Assembly: GCA_016282255.1 (NCBI GenBank)
Contig: JAEEKE010000131.1
Location: 1,671-65,670 of the forward strand
DNA: 64,000 nt
Reading direction: 5' to 3'
Source: Bacillota bacterium
GTDB lineage: Bacteria > Bacillota > Clostridia > Christensenellales > CAG-138
Shown: piece by piece, positions 39,351-49,928 of the stretch
How the letters are laid out: every line of letters begins with the position of its first letter
Numbering within the stretch: the stretch's first letter is position 1
Notes under the pieces: generated by a model
What the model was told of the DNA's origin: nothing
Databases searched by the model: none
Seen by the model: the letters and a program-made list of their open reading frames with translations, nothing else
Position numbers and translations under genes: made by a program

Positions 39351-40172
39351 TTGGAAAACAAAGAGATAAAACGGAATAAACTGCTGAAGATACTGATCCA
39401 GGCGATATTGATCATCACCGTTGTGGTGCTCGTTTATATCGCCGTAGAGAGCGTTCTTCCCGGTATCATTCCCGCCGTAGTAAACGGCACCAAGGAGGAC
39501 GTGCAGGCCTATCTCGAGCGTTTTCACGACTTTCATGGCTATGCAGTCTGCTTTGTGCTCCAGTTCATTCAGATCATAACGATCTTTCTGCCCAGCATCC
39601 CTATACAGATCTCGGCGGGTATCGTTTTCGGCGTAATAAAGGGCTTCCTCGTCTGCTTTCTCGGATACGTGGCGGCTAACGCCGTCGTCTTCTTTGCAGT
39701 CAGAAAGCTGGGCGCGAGTCTTGAAAAATGGCTGCCTTCTCCAAAGCGCAAGAACGAAAAGCAGGAGAAGCGCCGCAACGCAATTCTGGCGTCGGACCAC
39801 CCTGCCTTTATGGTATTTCTTGCGACCACCTTCCCGATACTTCCCAACGGTCTTATTCCTTACATCGCCGCAAAGACGAGGGTGAGATTCATCCCGTATA
39901 TGCTCGCTTCAAGCATCGGTTCGATACCCACGATCCTCACGCTCTGCTCGGTCGGCCGCCGTATCGTGCGCGGCGATTTCCTTTCCGCGGCCCTTATCAC
40001 CCTGCCGCTGCTCGCGTTCTTCCTTATAATGTTCTGGCAGCAGAAGAATATCACGAAACTGTACAGCAGCATTGCAAACAGGATCAGCGCCGGAAAAGAA
40101 GAAAAACACAAACCGCATGAAGAGGAGCCTAGCGAGAGCGGGGGAGTGCCTGAAGAAACACAGACGGAATAA
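39351..40172 (+). CDS. VTT/DedA (TVP38/TMEM64) family membrane protein
   Basis: LQFIQII...LPS...SAG.VFG...G and FPILPN pattern; multiple TM helices. Confidence 0.78.
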   Translation: MENKEIKRNKLLKILIQAILIITVVVLVYIAVESVLPGIIPAVVNGTKEDVQAYLERFHDFHGYAVCFVLQFIQIITIFLPSIPIQISAGIVFGVIKGFLVCFLGYVAANAVVFFAVRKLGASLEKWLPSPKRKNEKQEKRRNAILASDHPAFMVFLATTFPILPNGLIPYIAAKTRVRFIPYMLASSIGSIPTILTLCSVGRRIVRGDFLSAALITLPLLAFFLIMFWQQKNITKLYSSIANRISAGKEEKHKPHEEEPSESGGVPEETQTE

Positions 40173-40214
40173 AACAACAGAAGCTGCGGCGTCTGCCGCA
40201 GCTTCGTCTTTTTG
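40171..40214. terminator. Bidirectional terminator
   Basis: GAAGCTGCGGC-GTCT-GCCGCAGCTTC flanked by A and T runs. Confidence 0.8.
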
Positions 40215-40220
40215 TTCAGC

Positions 40221-41201
40221 TTATAAATGCGCTCTAAGATTTTCGGTATTGACCGCTTTGACCGAGGCTCTTCTCGGATCCATGATCCTCGAGAGGAACC
40301 TTTCTCCATACCTGTCCTGAATGGGAAGCGGCTTGTTTTCGATCTTCAATGTATCGTCGCCTATCAGATCGAGATTGCTCGCAAAGAGCGTCGGCTTGTT
40401 CTTCTCCTGCCTTTCGTTGAGGATCGACAGCAGCGTTTCAACGGTTATGTTCCTTATCATAGGTTCGGTACCGAGGTCGTCGATTATCAAAAGATCGGGA
40501 AGCAGAAAGTCGGGTTTATCCTCCGGTTCGCTCCTTAGGCTGTCCACGGTCATCTGTATCAGGCGGGAGGCGTTGAGCTTGAGTACCGAATAGCCGCGTT
40601 CGAGCACGCGTACGCCGATGCAGTTGAGCAAGAAAGTCTTGCCGACTCCGGTCTCGCCGTAATAGAGCATATCGGGCTTTTCGACGTTCGGAAAACGCTC
40701 CGCGTATTCGACCGCATCGGTAAACAGCTTCTTCATGCGCCTTCTGTTCTTCTCGTCGCGCTGCAGGTCGATATCGAACCGTTCAAAACACTGTGCGCGG
40801 TTCAGTCCCGAATCTTCAAACGCGATTTCGAACGCAAGATTGGTGACACAGTGACAGAGCTCGCCGTTTATCCGCCCCGTATCGCGGCAGTCGGCGCAGA
40901 TGTATTTCGGCTCAAGGTAATCCTCGGGGTATCCGTTCTCTATCAGCAGGCGCTTTATCCTTGCATTCTTTTCTTCCAAAGCGCTCATTGCCGCTGTATC
41001 GGAGAAAGCGGCTTCACCGCGGATCATCATCTTTCCGAGATCGAATGCGATGTCGTTCGTTTCGGTCAACAGCGTTTCAATTTCGGGCACGGCGGCGCCG
41101 ACCTCTTCTCGGCGCTGCTTTTTCAGGCGCGCGATGCGCAGCCTGCGGTCCGCAAGCTCGTTTTTCAATGCCGTAACAAACGCGGCCGACTTAATCCTCA
41201 T
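40221..41201 (-). CDS. DnaC/DnaI-like AAA+ helicase loader
   Basis: CADC.DTG...CHC zinc site, Walker A GETGVGKT, Walker B LLIIDDLGTE, RFLSRI. Confidence 0.87.
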   Translation of the reverse strand: MRIKSAAFVTALKNELADRRLRIARLKKQRREEVGAAVPEIETLLTETNDIAFDLGKMMIRGEAAFSDTAAMSALEEKNARIKRLLIENGYPEDYLEPKYICADCRDTGRINGELCHCVTNLAFEIAFEDSGLNRAQCFERFDIDLQRDEKNRRRMKKLFTDAVEYAERFPNVEKPDMLYYGETGVGKTFLLNCIGVRVLERGYSVLKLNASRLIQMTVDSLRSEPEDKPDFLLPDLLIIDDLGTEPMIRNITVETLLSILNERQEKNKPTLFASNLDLIGDDTLKIENKPLPIQDRYGERFLSRIMDPRRASVKAVNTENLRAHL

Positions 41202-42408
41202 CGTCATCCTCCCCGAAATCAACGCCTATGCGCTTAAGATCTTCCTTCGTGTATTTCCTTTGCTTATACCGGAGCGCTGGGTTGACGCTTTTTCCCGCGG
41301 ATTCCTTTTCGTTCTTTCTGTGCTCGGCGTCTTCCTTTGCCGCGGCATATGACGCGATCCCGCGCTTATGCCAGTCCTCTATCAGCTTTTTCATCTCCGC
41401 AAAGGGCGTGCCTTTTGTTGATGAGAGCTCTGCGGCATACATGATAAGCTCGGCGTTCATGCCGTATTCCTTGAGCCAGAACTCGAATTGACGCCGATCG
41501 TTCATATTCGCATTACGTTTCATACCGGCGCGGACGAAAGCCTGCCTGGCGAGCTCGCGGATCATGTCCTGCTCCCGCATGGCTTCCTTGATGCCCTCGG
41601 AAGTGATGCTTCCTCGCTCATGATAGCCCGAGAGCACGGCGTCAAGGAATTTGAAATTGGGTCTGTCAACGGCGACCATCTCTCCCAACGCGATGTCGAT
41701 CGCTTCGTCAGTGAAGCCCCAACCCTTTGTCCACTTCTCGTATAGAGCGATCTCATCGTCGGTCGGTCTTCTTGAGATATGCCAGCGCTTCAGTATCGAG
41801 GCGGCGCCGCCCGAGATAAGCTTCTCGTTTTCAAAGCTGCGGATAACGTCGCCGTGCGAAAGGATCGAATCGGCGGCAAGCCGCTTCGCGACGGAATCCA
41901 TATAGTTGATGTGAACGCGCGCGCCCTTGATCGCGATGCAGTGGGCAACGATCTCGGCAGCGGCGTCCTCATCGAAATGATAGACTTCTATCCAATCGTA
42001 GATGCGCCGCAGTTCCGCGCCGGAGAGGTTCCTTGTCCCCAGCACCGCGCGAAGCTTTTCAACAAGCGAGGCATATCTTTTCTCGTTTGCGGCGGAGGGG
42101 ATGACGTTTGCCGGGGAAGGTATGCTTAAGTAGCGGACGGCGATATTGCCGTTCTCTCCCCTGTCGATATGAACGAGGCCGGCTTTCTCCCAATAGAAAT
42201 AGGCTTCATCCACGTCCTCCTGCGTAAGCGAAAGCGCGGACGCTATATCATCCGCATCGCCGCCGCTCCTTGAGAGCAGCATAAGGCCGAAAAGATAAAC
42301 TTTAACTGCATGCTCGGGAGCCTCGGGCATGTAGTTTTCGATAAAGCGATTGTCGATTATTGTTGATGTGCAGAGAGCACTGTCCTTAAGTATTGCGGTG
42401 GTCGGCAT
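41191..42408 (-). CDS. DnaD/DnaB-domain replication protein
   Basis: N.FIENYMP.A...VKVYL, YWEKAG, repeated DnaD-like segments; start ATG 42408. Confidence 0.82.
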   Translation of the reverse strand: MPTTAILKDSALCTSTIIDNRFIENYMPEAPEHAVKVYLFGLMLLSRSGGDADDIASALSLTQEDVDEAYFYWEKAGLVHIDRGENGNIAVRYLSIPSPANVIPSAANEKRYASLVEKLRAVLGTRNLSGAELRRIYDWIEVYHFDEDAAAEIVAHCIAIKGARVHINYMDSVAKRLAADSILSHGDVIRSFENEKLISGGAASILKRWHISRRPTDDEIALYEKWTKGWGFTDEAIDIALGEMVAVDRPNFKFLDAVLSGYHERGSITSEGIKEAMREQDMIRELARQAFVRAGMKRNANMNDRRQFEFWLKEYGMNAELIMYAAELSSTKGTPFAEMKKLIEDWHKRGIASYAAAKEDAEHRKNEKESAGKSVNPALRYKQRKYTKEDLKRIGVDFGEDDDED

Positions 42409-42532
42409 ATCCTGTGTTTCCTCTTTTGGGTGATTTGATTTTATCACCACAGGGAGGCTGATGTCAATTGAAAGGTAAATAAAAACTGCCCCGAAATATC
42501 GGAGCAGCCGTAATGCTTTGGAATGCTTTAGT

Positions 42533-42871
42533 TTACTCCTTATCGGAGCAGCCGCAGTCGCAGTCGTCTTCGCCGCAGCAGCATCCGCCGTCTTCGAAAA
42601 GGCTCTCGACCAGCTTGATGAGCTCGGGCATATCCTCGTCGGCGGGGGGTACGAACTCCTCGGTATCGTCCGCTTCATTGACAACGATTTTCATGATATA
42701 GAGGCCCTGCTCGTAGTCGCATTCCTCTTCGTTCTCGCAGTCGCACTGCTCGTTGGTGTCGATAAGGACGGCGTACTCATCACCGTTGTAATCAAAATAC
42801 TCGATAACATCGAGCTCGAATTCGTTACCGTCGTCATCGGTAAACACAACAAAATCTCTTTCTTCTTCCAT
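42533..42871 (-). CDS. DUF1292 family acidic protein
   Basis: VVFTDDDGNEFEL...FDYNGDEYAVL; Cys-rich acidic tail. Confidence 0.8.
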   Translation of the reverse strand: MEEERDFVVFTDDDGNEFELDVIEYFDYNGDEYAVLIDTNEQCDCENEEECDYEQGLYIMKIVVNEADDTEEFVPPADEDMPELIKLVESLFEDGGCCCGEDDCDCGCSDKE

Positions 42872-43030
42872 GATGGATCTCCTTAGAATGTTCTATTCCG
42901 TACAGCTTCCGTGTACCTGTTTATTCTACTACATCGCATTCGATATTGCAAATGCAATTTTGATTTGATTTTATCGAAACGGTCTGAATAACGCCTGAAG
43001 ATTATATTCGGCGGATGCTTTAACCATATG

Positions 43031-43059
43031 TTGACAAACCGAATGCTTGCTGATACAAT
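43031..43059 (+). promoter_or_regulatory. SigA promoter of the pyr operon
   Basis: TTGACA-17 nt-TACAAT. Confidence 0.8.
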
Positions 43060-43065
43060 ATGCAT

Positions 43066-43186
43066 GATCTTTAAGGCGGTCCAGCGAGGCCGCAAACGGT
43101 ACATTGATGCCGGCAAGATGAAATGAACACAGTAAGCGGTCTTTTGCCGCGGTTTATTCTGTCTTGCCGAAAGGCAAGCTTTTTTA
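43066..43186 (+). promoter_or_regulatory. PyrR-binding attenuator leader
   Basis: CTTTAAGGCGGTCCAGCGAGGCCGCAAA resembles the PyrR loop (ARUCCAGAGAGGYU); terminator CTTGCC-GAAA-GGCAAG-CT6 at 43163-43185; CGGCAAGA near 43111 can pair with its 5' arm as antiterminator. Confidence 0.85.
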
Positions 43187-43207
43187 TACCCTGAAAGGAG
43201 AGCTGAA

Positions 43208-44464
43208 ATGAACGCCGCATTCAAACAGAAAACAGCAGCAAAGCTTAAAGCGCTCAGTTCCTCCCGTGATTTCATTTCCTCCCGTTTTTCCACGGCAGCG
43301 ATCGATTCCCTGATCGAAAGAGCCGACGATCTCGTTTTTCTTCCCGGTCTCGTTGATGTCCACGTACATCTTCGCGAGCCGGGTTTTTCTTATAAGGAGA
43401 CGATAAGAACCGGCACTCTGGCGGCTGCGCACGGCGGTTACACGGCCGTCTGCCCGATGCCGAATCTTTCTCCCGTGCCCGACAGCCTTGAAAACCTCGG
43501 TAAAGAGCTTGCGCTTATTGAGCGGGACGCCTGCATAAGGGTGCATCCTTACGGTTCCGTTACCGTCGGCGAAAAAGGCGAGCTCCTTTCCGATATGGAA
43601 GCGATGTCGCCGTTCGTAATAGGTTTTTCTGACGACGGCAGGGGAGTGCAGGCGGATGAGATCATGGAGCAGGCCATGCTGACGGCAAAGCGGCTCGGGA
43701 AGCCTATCGCCGCGCACTGCGAGGTCAATTCGCTCCTTCACGGCGGGTATATCCACGATGGCCGCTATGCTTTTGAGCACGGTCACCGCGGCATCTCTAG
43801 CGAGAGCGAATGGAGGCAGATCGAAAGGGATATCGGATTGGTCAGGAAGACCGGCGCAAGCTACCACGTCTGCCATATCTCATGCAAGGAATCGGTGGAG
43901 CTTATCCACCGCGCTAAGGCGGAAGGGCTTGACGTCACCTGCGAGACCGCGCCTCATTATCTTGCCTTCACCGATAACGATCTTATTGAGGACGGCCGCT
44001 TTAAGATGAACCCGCCTTTAAGGTCCGAGGCTGACCGTGCGGCACTTGTTGAGGGGATAATCGACGGCACGGTCGATATGATCGCAACGGACCACGCCCC
44101 GCACTCTTTGGAAGAAAAGAGCCGCGGCCTTGAAAGAAGTGCGTTCGGGATAGTCGGGCTCGAGACCGCGTTCCCCGTGCTCTACACCAAATTTGTCAGG
44201 ACCGGTTTGATCACTCTCGAACACCTCATTGAACTTATGAGCTTCAATCCCTCTTCAAGATTCGAGATAGATATCGAAGACGATTTCACGGTGTTCGACT
44301 GCTCAAAAGCCTACAGGATCGATGATTCCGAGTTCCTTTCCATGGGCAAAGCCTCGCCGTTCATCGGAATGCAGGTCTTCGGAAAATGTCTGCTCACGGT
44401 CTGCCGCGGCAGGATCGCATATACAGATCCCTCTCTCGCAGAAAACGGAGGAAACAACTGTTGA
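43208..44464 (+). CDS. pyrC: Dihydroorotase
   Basis: PGLVDVHVHLREPG, MPN, KMNPPLR, ATDHAPH, GIVGLETAF. Confidence 0.95.
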   Translation: MNAAFKQKTAAKLKALSSSRDFISSRFSTAAIDSLIERADDLVFLPGLVDVHVHLREPGFSYKETIRTGTLAAAHGGYTAVCPMPNLSPVPDSLENLGKELALIERDACIRVHPYGSVTVGEKGELLSDMEAMSPFVIGFSDDGRGVQADEIMEQAMLTAKRLGKPIAAHCEVNSLLHGGYIHDGRYAFEHGHRGISSESEWRQIERDIGLVRKTGASYHVCHISCKESVELIHRAKAEGLDVTCETAPHYLAFTDNDLIEDGRFKMNPPLRSEADRAALVEGIIDGTVDMIATDHAPHSLEEKSRGLERSAFGIVGLETAFPVLYTKFVRTGLITLEHLIELMSFNPSSRFEIDIEDDFTVFDCSKAYRIDDSEFLSMGKASPFIGMQVFGKCLLTVCRGRIAYTDPSLAENGGNNC

Positions 44465-45201
44465 AACAGGGCATTTTCATAATCATAGCCAATGAGCGGA
44501 TCGCCGAAAACACTTTCCGGCTCATCGTCGAGGGCGACGCCTCCGCGCATACCCGCCCGGGTCAGTTCGTCAATATCAAGCTCGACGGTTTCTTCCTTCG
44601 CCGCCCGATTTCCGTCTGTGATCATACCGCGGGCAGCTTTACTCTTATCTATAAGACCGTCGGAAGCGGCACCGAAAGGCTCTCTTTTATGCGGGCTGGC
44701 GAAACGATCGACCTCCTGACCGGTCTCGGCAACGGCTTTGACGTCGAAAAATGCGGTGCTCGGCCCCTGCTCATTGCCGGCGGCGGGGGAGTGCCTCCGA
44801 TGCTCGATCTCGCAAAAGAATTGAATAAGCGCGAGATCAGACCTATCGCAGTCATCGGTTTCAACAAAGCCCCGGAAGTTTACCTTGAAGACGAGCTCTC
44901 TCGATTCTGCGAAAAGGTCTATGTAACAACGGCCGACGGTAGTTTAGGCATAAAGGGTTTTGTGACAGACGTCGTTAAGACGCTTGACCATACCTTCTTT
45001 TACACCTGCGGCCCGAAGCCTATGTATAAAGCGCTTTCATCGGTCGTCAAAACCGAGGGTCAATACAGCTTTGAGGAGCGTATGGGCTGCGGCTTCGGCG
45101 CCTGCATGGGCTGCTCGATCTTGACGAAGAACGGCGCGAAACGCATCTGCAAGGACGGTCCCGTATTCGGTTCCGAAGAGATCATTTGGGAGGCACTGTG
45201 A
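44461..45201 (+). CDS. pyrK: Dihydroorotate dehydrogenase electron transfer subunit
   Basis: PGQFV, LRRPIS, CGPKPM, EERMGCGFGACMGC, CKDGPVF; TTG start after GGAGG. Confidence 0.94.
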   Translation: MKQGIFIIIANERIAENTFRLIVEGDASAHTRPGQFVNIKLDGFFLRRPISVCDHTAGSFTLIYKTVGSGTERLSFMRAGETIDLLTGLGNGFDVEKCGARPLLIAGGGGVPPMLDLAKELNKREIRPIAVIGFNKAPEVYLEDELSRFCEKVYVTTADGSLGIKGFVTDVVKTLDHTFFYTCGPKPMYKALSSVVKTEGQYSFEERMGCGFGACMGCSILTKNGAKRICKDGPVFGSEEIIWEAL

Positions 45202-46121
45202 TGGATAACAGGCTTTCGGTCGACCTTTGCTCGCTGCATCTCGATAATCCGATCATCCCCGCGAGCGGCACCTTCGGTTACGGCTATGAGTTTGCCGAGC
45301 TGTACGATATAAACATGCTCGGTTCCTTCTCGTTTAAAGGCACCACGCTTGAGCCCCGCTTCGGAAACAGGACGCCGCGCATAGCCGAGACCCCCTCCGG
45401 CATGCTCAACTCGATCGGTCTGCAGAATCCCGGGGTACACGCCGTTATTGAAAACGAGCTGCCTAAACTCGAAAAGTACTTTCAAAAAAAAGTTATCGCA
45501 AATATCGGCGGCTTTTCCGTTGAGGAATACGCAAGGACCGCGGAGCTGCTCGATAATTGCGAACAGGTCGGCCTGCTTGAGATAAACATCAGTTGCCCGA
45601 ACGTCCACAACGGCGGAATGGCGTTCGGCACGGACTGCGCTGCCGCCGCGGAGGTCACGCGCGCGGTCAAGGCGGTCACGACGAAGCCGGTCTTCATGAA
45701 GCTGAGCCCGAACGCTGCCGATATCGCTTCGATTGCAAGGGCGTGTGAGGAAGCCGGCGCCGACGGAATCAGCCTTATAAATACGCTTCTCGGTATGCGG
45801 ATCGATCTTAAAACGAAGAAGCCTATCCTTGCGAACCGAATGGGCGGTTTTTCCGGACCGGCCATCCTGCCGGTCGCGCTGCGGATGGTGTATCAGGTAT
45901 ATGAGGCCGTCAGCATACCGATCATCGGCATGGGCGGCGTCTCGTCCGCAAACGACGTTATAGAGATGATGCTTGCCGGCGCAACTGCTGTCGAGATCGG
46001 CGCGGCGAACCTCGTCGATCCCTATATCTGCCCGAAGATCATCGCCGAATTGCCGGCAGTTATGGAAAAATACGGTATCGATAGCATAAAAGATATTATT
46101 GGAGGTGCTCATATTGGGTAA
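45201..46121 (+). CDS. pyrD: Dihydroorotate dehydrogenase B catalytic subunit
   Basis: [33 protein letters not shown]. Confidence 0.95.
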   Translation: MDNRLSVDLCSLHLDNPIIPASGTFGYGYEFAELYDINMLGSFSFKGTTLEPRFGNRTPRIAETPSGMLNSIGLQNPGVHAVIENELPKLEKYFQKKVIANIGGFSVEEYARTAELLDNCEQVGLLEINISCPNVHNGGMAFGTDCAAAAEVTRAVKAVTTKPVFMKLSPNAADIASIARACEEAGADGISLINTLLGMRIDLKTKKPILANRMGGFSGPAILPVALRMVYQVYEAVSIPIIGMGGVSSANDVIEMMLAGATAVEIGAANLVDPYICPKIIAELPAVMEKYGIDSIKDIIGGAHIG

Positions 46122-46812
46122 GGACGTTATAGTCGCATGCGATTTTTCAAGCAAAGCCGAGGTTTTGGGTTTTCTCGACCGTTTCACCGGCGTCAAACCC
46201 TTCGTAAAGATCGGAATGGAGCTCTACTATGCGGAAGGCCCTTCGATCGTTCGCGAGATCAAAAAAAGGGGCCACAGGATCTTTCTTGACCTCAAGCTCC
46301 ATGATATCCCGAACACCGTTATGAAGGCTATGAGAGTCCTTTCAAGGCTCGACGTCGACATGTGCAATCTGCACGCCGCAGGCACGCGTGCCATGATGGA
46401 AGCCGCTCTTCAGGGACTGACGCGCGAGGACGGAACAAGGCCCATCCTGATAGCCGTCACGCAGCTGACTTCCACGAGCCAGGAAGCGATGACGAACGAA
46501 CTTCTTATCGACAGGCCCATCGACGAGGTCGTTATGAGCTATGCGCTGAACGCAAAGCTCGCCGGTCTAGACGGCGTGGTCTGCTCGCCGCTCGAGGCGC
46601 GCAAGGTCCACGAGAACTGCGGCTCCGATTTCATAACCGTGACTCCGGGCGTGCGGTTTGCCGACGGCGAAAAGGGCGACCAGGTAAGGGTCATGACCCC
46701 CGCACAGGCGAAGGAGATAGGTTCCGACTATATCGTTGTCGGCCGGCCGATAACGGCGAGTCCAGATCCCGTGGCGGCATACGAAAGGTGCCTTAAAGAC
46801 TTTATCGGATAA
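46114..46812 (+). CDS. pyrF: Orotidine-5'-phosphate decarboxylase
   Basis: [30 protein letters not shown]; TTG start after GGAGGT. Confidence 0.96.
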   Translation: MGKDVIVACDFSSKAEVLGFLDRFTGVKPFVKIGMELYYAEGPSIVREIKKRGHRIFLDLKLHDIPNTVMKAMRVLSRLDVDMCNLHAAGTRAMMEAALQGLTREDGTRPILIAVTQLTSTSQEAMTNELLIDRPIDEVVMSYALNAKLAGLDGVVCSPLEARKVHENCGSDFITVTPGVRFADGEKGDQVRVMTPAQAKEIGSDYIVVGRPITASPDPVAAYERCLKDFIG

Positions 46813-46827
46813 TAAAAGGAGGAAGAT

Positions 46828-47493
46828 ATGGAAAACAACGAAAGGATCCGATCGATCAAGGAATTGATAGCGAACGATCTGCTTTCGATCGGGGCGGTGT
46901 TCCTTCGTCCCAACGAACCGTTCACCTGGGCAAGCGGCATCAAAAGCCCTATCTACTGCGATAATCGTTTGACGCTCACAGCGCCGCAGGTCCGCACCGA
47001 CGTTGAGACCTCGCTTGCCGAAACGATCCGCAGGGAATACCCCGGCGCCGAGGTCCTTATGGGAACGAGCACCGCCGGCATCGCTCATGCCGCGATAACC
47101 GCGCATATAATGGGCCTGCCGATGGGCTACGTGCGTTCCGGAAACAAGGATCACGGCCGCCAGAACAGGATCGAGGGCAAGCTCGAGCCCGGTCAGAGGG
47201 TCGTCGTGGTAGAGGATCTTATCTCGACCGGCGGAAGCGCCATCGAGACCGTAGAGGCGCTGAGGGAAGCAGGAGCGGAGGTGCTCGGCATCGCGAGCAT
47301 CTTCACCTACGGGATGCAGAAGGGTATCGACCGCCTAAAGGCGGCAGGCGTCAGAAACGTCAGCCTTTCGGATTTCGATACGATAGTCGTCGCTGCCGCT
47401 CAGAGCGGCTATATAGAGCAAGCGGACGTTCAGAGGCTGATCGCCTTCAGGAACGATCCTTCCGACGAAAGCTGGATAAATAAAGACAAATAA
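46828..47493 (+). CDS. pyrE: Orotate phosphoribosyltransferase
   Basis: WASGIKSPIYCDNR, VVEDLISTGGS. Confidence 0.96.
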   Translation: MENNERIRSIKELIANDLLSIGAVFLRPNEPFTWASGIKSPIYCDNRLTLTAPQVRTDVETSLAETIRREYPGAEVLMGTSTAGIAHAAITAHIMGLPMGYVRSGNKDHGRQNRIEGKLEPGQRVVVVEDLISTGGSAIETVEALREAGAEVLGIASIFTYGMQKGIDRLKAAGVRNVSLSDFDTIVVAAAQSGYIEQADVQRLIAFRNDPSDESWINKDK

Positions 47494-47511
47494 CCAACAG
47501 GAGGAAATAAG

Positions 47512-48432
47512 ATGAAGAACCTGATAGACATTCTCGACCTTACCGTTGAAGAGATCGATCAGATGATAACCGTCGCAAACGATATCATCGATCATCCCGA
47601 AAACTACCGCGAGGCATGCAAGTACAAGACCCTTGCAACGCTTTTCTTCGAGCCTTCCACCCGTACGAGGCTCTCCTTCGAAGCCGCCATGCTCGAGCTC
47701 GGAGGTAGGGTGATCGGCTTCTCCGAAGCAAGCTCCAGCTCCGCCGCTAAAGGCGAGAGCGTTGCAGATACCATCGCCGTGGTAAGCGGCTATGCCGACA
47801 TCATCGCCATGCGCCATCCCAAGGAAGGCGCCCCGATCGTCGCCCTCAGCAAGGCCACCGTGCCGATAATTAACGCGGGCGACGGCGGTCACAACCATCC
47901 CACCCAGACGCTTACCGACCTTATCACGATCAAGCGTGAGAAAGGGCATTTCGACAATCTCACCGTCGGCCTCTGCGGCGACCTTAAGTTCGGCCGCACC
48001 GTGCATTCGCTGATCGCCGCCATGAGCCGTTATGCGGGCATCAAGTTCGTGCTCATCTCGCCTGAGGAATTAAAGGTCCCCAGCTACGTCAAGAACGCCT
48101 ATATCAAGGCGAAGGGCATCCCCTATGAGCAGACCACCGCGCTCGAGAACGTGATCGACAAGCTCGACGTGCTCTATATGACGCGCGTCCAGCGTGAGCG
48201 TTTCTTCAACGAAGAGGACTACCTGCGCCTGAAGGACTGCTATGTGCTGACCCCCGAAAAGATGGCCATGGCCAAGAAGGATCTTATCGTGCTGCATCCG
48301 CTCCCGAGGGTGAACGAGATCTCCGTCGCCGTGGACAGCGACCCCCGCGCATGCTATTTCAGGCAGGCGAGATACGGCAAATTCATTCGTATGGCATTGA
48401 TCATGAAACTGCTTGAGGAGGCAAACAAATGA
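47512..48432 (+). CDS. pyrB: Aspartate carbamoyltransferase catalytic subunit
   Basis: [27 protein letters not shown]. Confidence 0.97.
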   Translation: MKNLIDILDLTVEEIDQMITVANDIIDHPENYREACKYKTLATLFFEPSTRTRLSFEAAMLELGGRVIGFSEASSSSAAKGESVADTIAVVSGYADIIAMRHPKEGAPIVALSKATVPIINAGDGGHNHPTQTLTDLITIKREKGHFDNLTVGLCGDLKFGRTVHSLIAAMSRYAGIKFVLISPEELKVPSYVKNAYIKAKGIPYEQTTALENVIDKLDVLYMTRVQRERFFNEEDYLRLKDCYVLTPEKMAMAKKDLIVLHPLPRVNEISVAVDSDPRACYFRQARYGKFIRMALIMKLLEEANK

Positions 48433-48848
48433 ATATCGATTCGATCATCAACGGTATCGTTATAGACCATATCACGGCCGGCAAGGCTATGCAGATCTAC
48501 AGTATGCTCAATCTCGATAAGCTCGACTGCCAGATCGCCATTATCAAGAACGCGCCGAGCACCAAGAAGGGCACCAAGGACATCATCAAGATCGCCTCTG
48601 AGGTCGACATCGATCTTGGCATCCTCGCGTTCATCTGCCCGACCGCGACGATCAACATCATTCGCGACAGCAAGGTTATTGAAAAGCGCGATCTCAAGCT
48701 CCCCGAAAAGATCGAGGGCGTGCTTCGCTGCAAGAACCCGCGCTGCATCACGACGACCGAGCAGGAGATCCGCCATATCTTCGTGCTCACCAATCCCGAG
48801 ACCGCCGAGTATCGCTGCATGTACTGCGATACGAAGGCAAGCAACTGA
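48429..48848 (+). CDS. pyrI: Aspartate carbamoyltransferase regulatory subunit
   Basis: [28 protein letters not shown] zinc site. Confidence 0.95.
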   Translation: MNIDSIINGIVIDHITAGKAMQIYSMLNLDKLDCQIAIIKNAPSTKKGTKDIIKIASEVDIDLGILAFICPTATINIIRDSKVIEKRDLKLPEKIEGVLRCKNPRCITTTEQEIRHIFVLTNPETAEYRCMYCDTKASN

Positions 48849-48860
48849 CCCTAAAGCTTC

Positions 48861-48890
48861 ATGCGCTGCGCTTCGGTGCGGCGCATTTTT
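48861..48890 (+). terminator. Intrinsic terminator of the pyr operon
   Basis: ATGCGCTGCGC-TTCG-GTGCGGCGCAT followed by T run. Confidence 0.85.
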
Positions 48891-48904
48891 CCTTTCAGGC
48901 ATTC

Positions 48905-48933
48905 TTGAAAGCATGAGCTCATCATGGTATACT
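48905..48933 (+). promoter_or_regulatory. SigA promoter
   Basis: TTGAAA-17 nt-TATACT with extended TG. Confidence 0.6.
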
Positions 48934-48953
48934 GAAAAAGAGGTGAGTGTTCT

Positions 48954-49916
48954 ATGAAAATTTTGGGTTCTTTATTCTCTAAAAGACTGTATGACAGCAA
49001 GCATAAGCTTAAGAAGAACGTTAAGCTGAGTGAGATTCTCGGCATTAAGGCCGAACACGGGCAGCTTAAGAGAGCCGAGTTTTACCGCGGCGGCGGTATG
49101 AACGGCGAACGGTACGAGGTCTCTCTCGAGAATAAGGACGGGGAAGTGAGGGCCAAAGTTCTGAACAGTCCAGAAATCGGTATTCCCGAAAGGGTTTGGG
49201 TCTATTCCGCCGAAGCTTCCGCTCTTAACGAGGCAAAGGAATACATCGATAAGTTCAACCTCACCGTCTGGGCGGACCTTCCTTTCAACGATGAGTTCAT
49301 AGCGCTGGATGCCCCCACAAGCAGCCTTCGCTTCGTTTTCAACGACGAATCGGTCGGAGGCAGCGCCTACGAATCCTTTTCGGTCAGCTTCGACAACGTC
49401 GTGCCTGAAAACCGTTTCGATATTCTGCACGGTTTTCATAAGCTGCTTCTTTCATTTGTCAGACCCGAAAAGCTTATCGAGACCTATCTTGAGGAGGACG
49501 GCCGCCGGATCAAAACGGGCAGGGACGTTTCGAACACCGACGAGGATATCGATTTGCTGTTAAGAGGCTACTGGAGGCATGCGGAAGCTAGCATTATCGA
49601 CAAAGCGTCCCGCGCGGAACTCGGCGGCATACCGATCGATCCCGATAACGATTATGCCTTTTGTTTTTCGGGCTTCGACCGTGAGGACGGTTTAAGCTTT
49701 AACGAAACGACGCCCGACGGCAGAAGGACGGTCGATCTGCATTTAGACGGTACCGAGCATACGCCGTATGCCGATTATGACTGCTCGTGGCATATAAAGC
49801 TGCTTTCGGAGGAAAACAAGCCATACGTGCTTACGGCTGAAAACGATTCCCTGTTCATCGAATGCGATGAAAACGACGGGAACATCAGGAAGACCCGACT
49901 TTACCAGCGCTGTTAA
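48954..49916 (+). CDS. Hypothetical protein
   Basis: 320-aa ORF with GAGGTGA RBS; fills the gap; no motif recognised. Confidence 0.75.
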   Translation: MKILGSLFSKRLYDSKHKLKKNVKLSEILGIKAEHGQLKRAEFYRGGGMNGERYEVSLENKDGEVRAKVLNSPEIGIPERVWVYSAEASALNEAKEYIDKFNLTVWADLPFNDEFIALDAPTSSLRFVFNDESVGGSAYESFSVSFDNVVPENRFDILHGFHKLLLSFVRPEKLIETYLEEDGRRIKTGRDVSNTDEDIDLLLRGYWRHAEASIIDKASRAELGGIPIDPDNDYAFCFSGFDREDGLSFNETTPDGRRTVDLHLDGTEHTPYADYDCSWHIKLLSEENKPYVLTAENDSLFIECDENDGNIRKTRLYQRC

Positions 49917-49928
49917 GAGGAGTGCATC

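Noticed and set aside
40221-42408. DnaD plus DnaC-like pair as a possible prophage or IS21 (IstB) module
   Set aside because: No integrase, IstA, structural genes or terminal repeats; this pair is the usual chromosomal helicase-loading locus in Clostridia.
43208-43330. Atypical short N-terminus of PyrC suggesting a pseudogene
   Set aside because: All metal-binding and catalytic motifs are intact, and there is a strong AAAGGAG RBS at the start.
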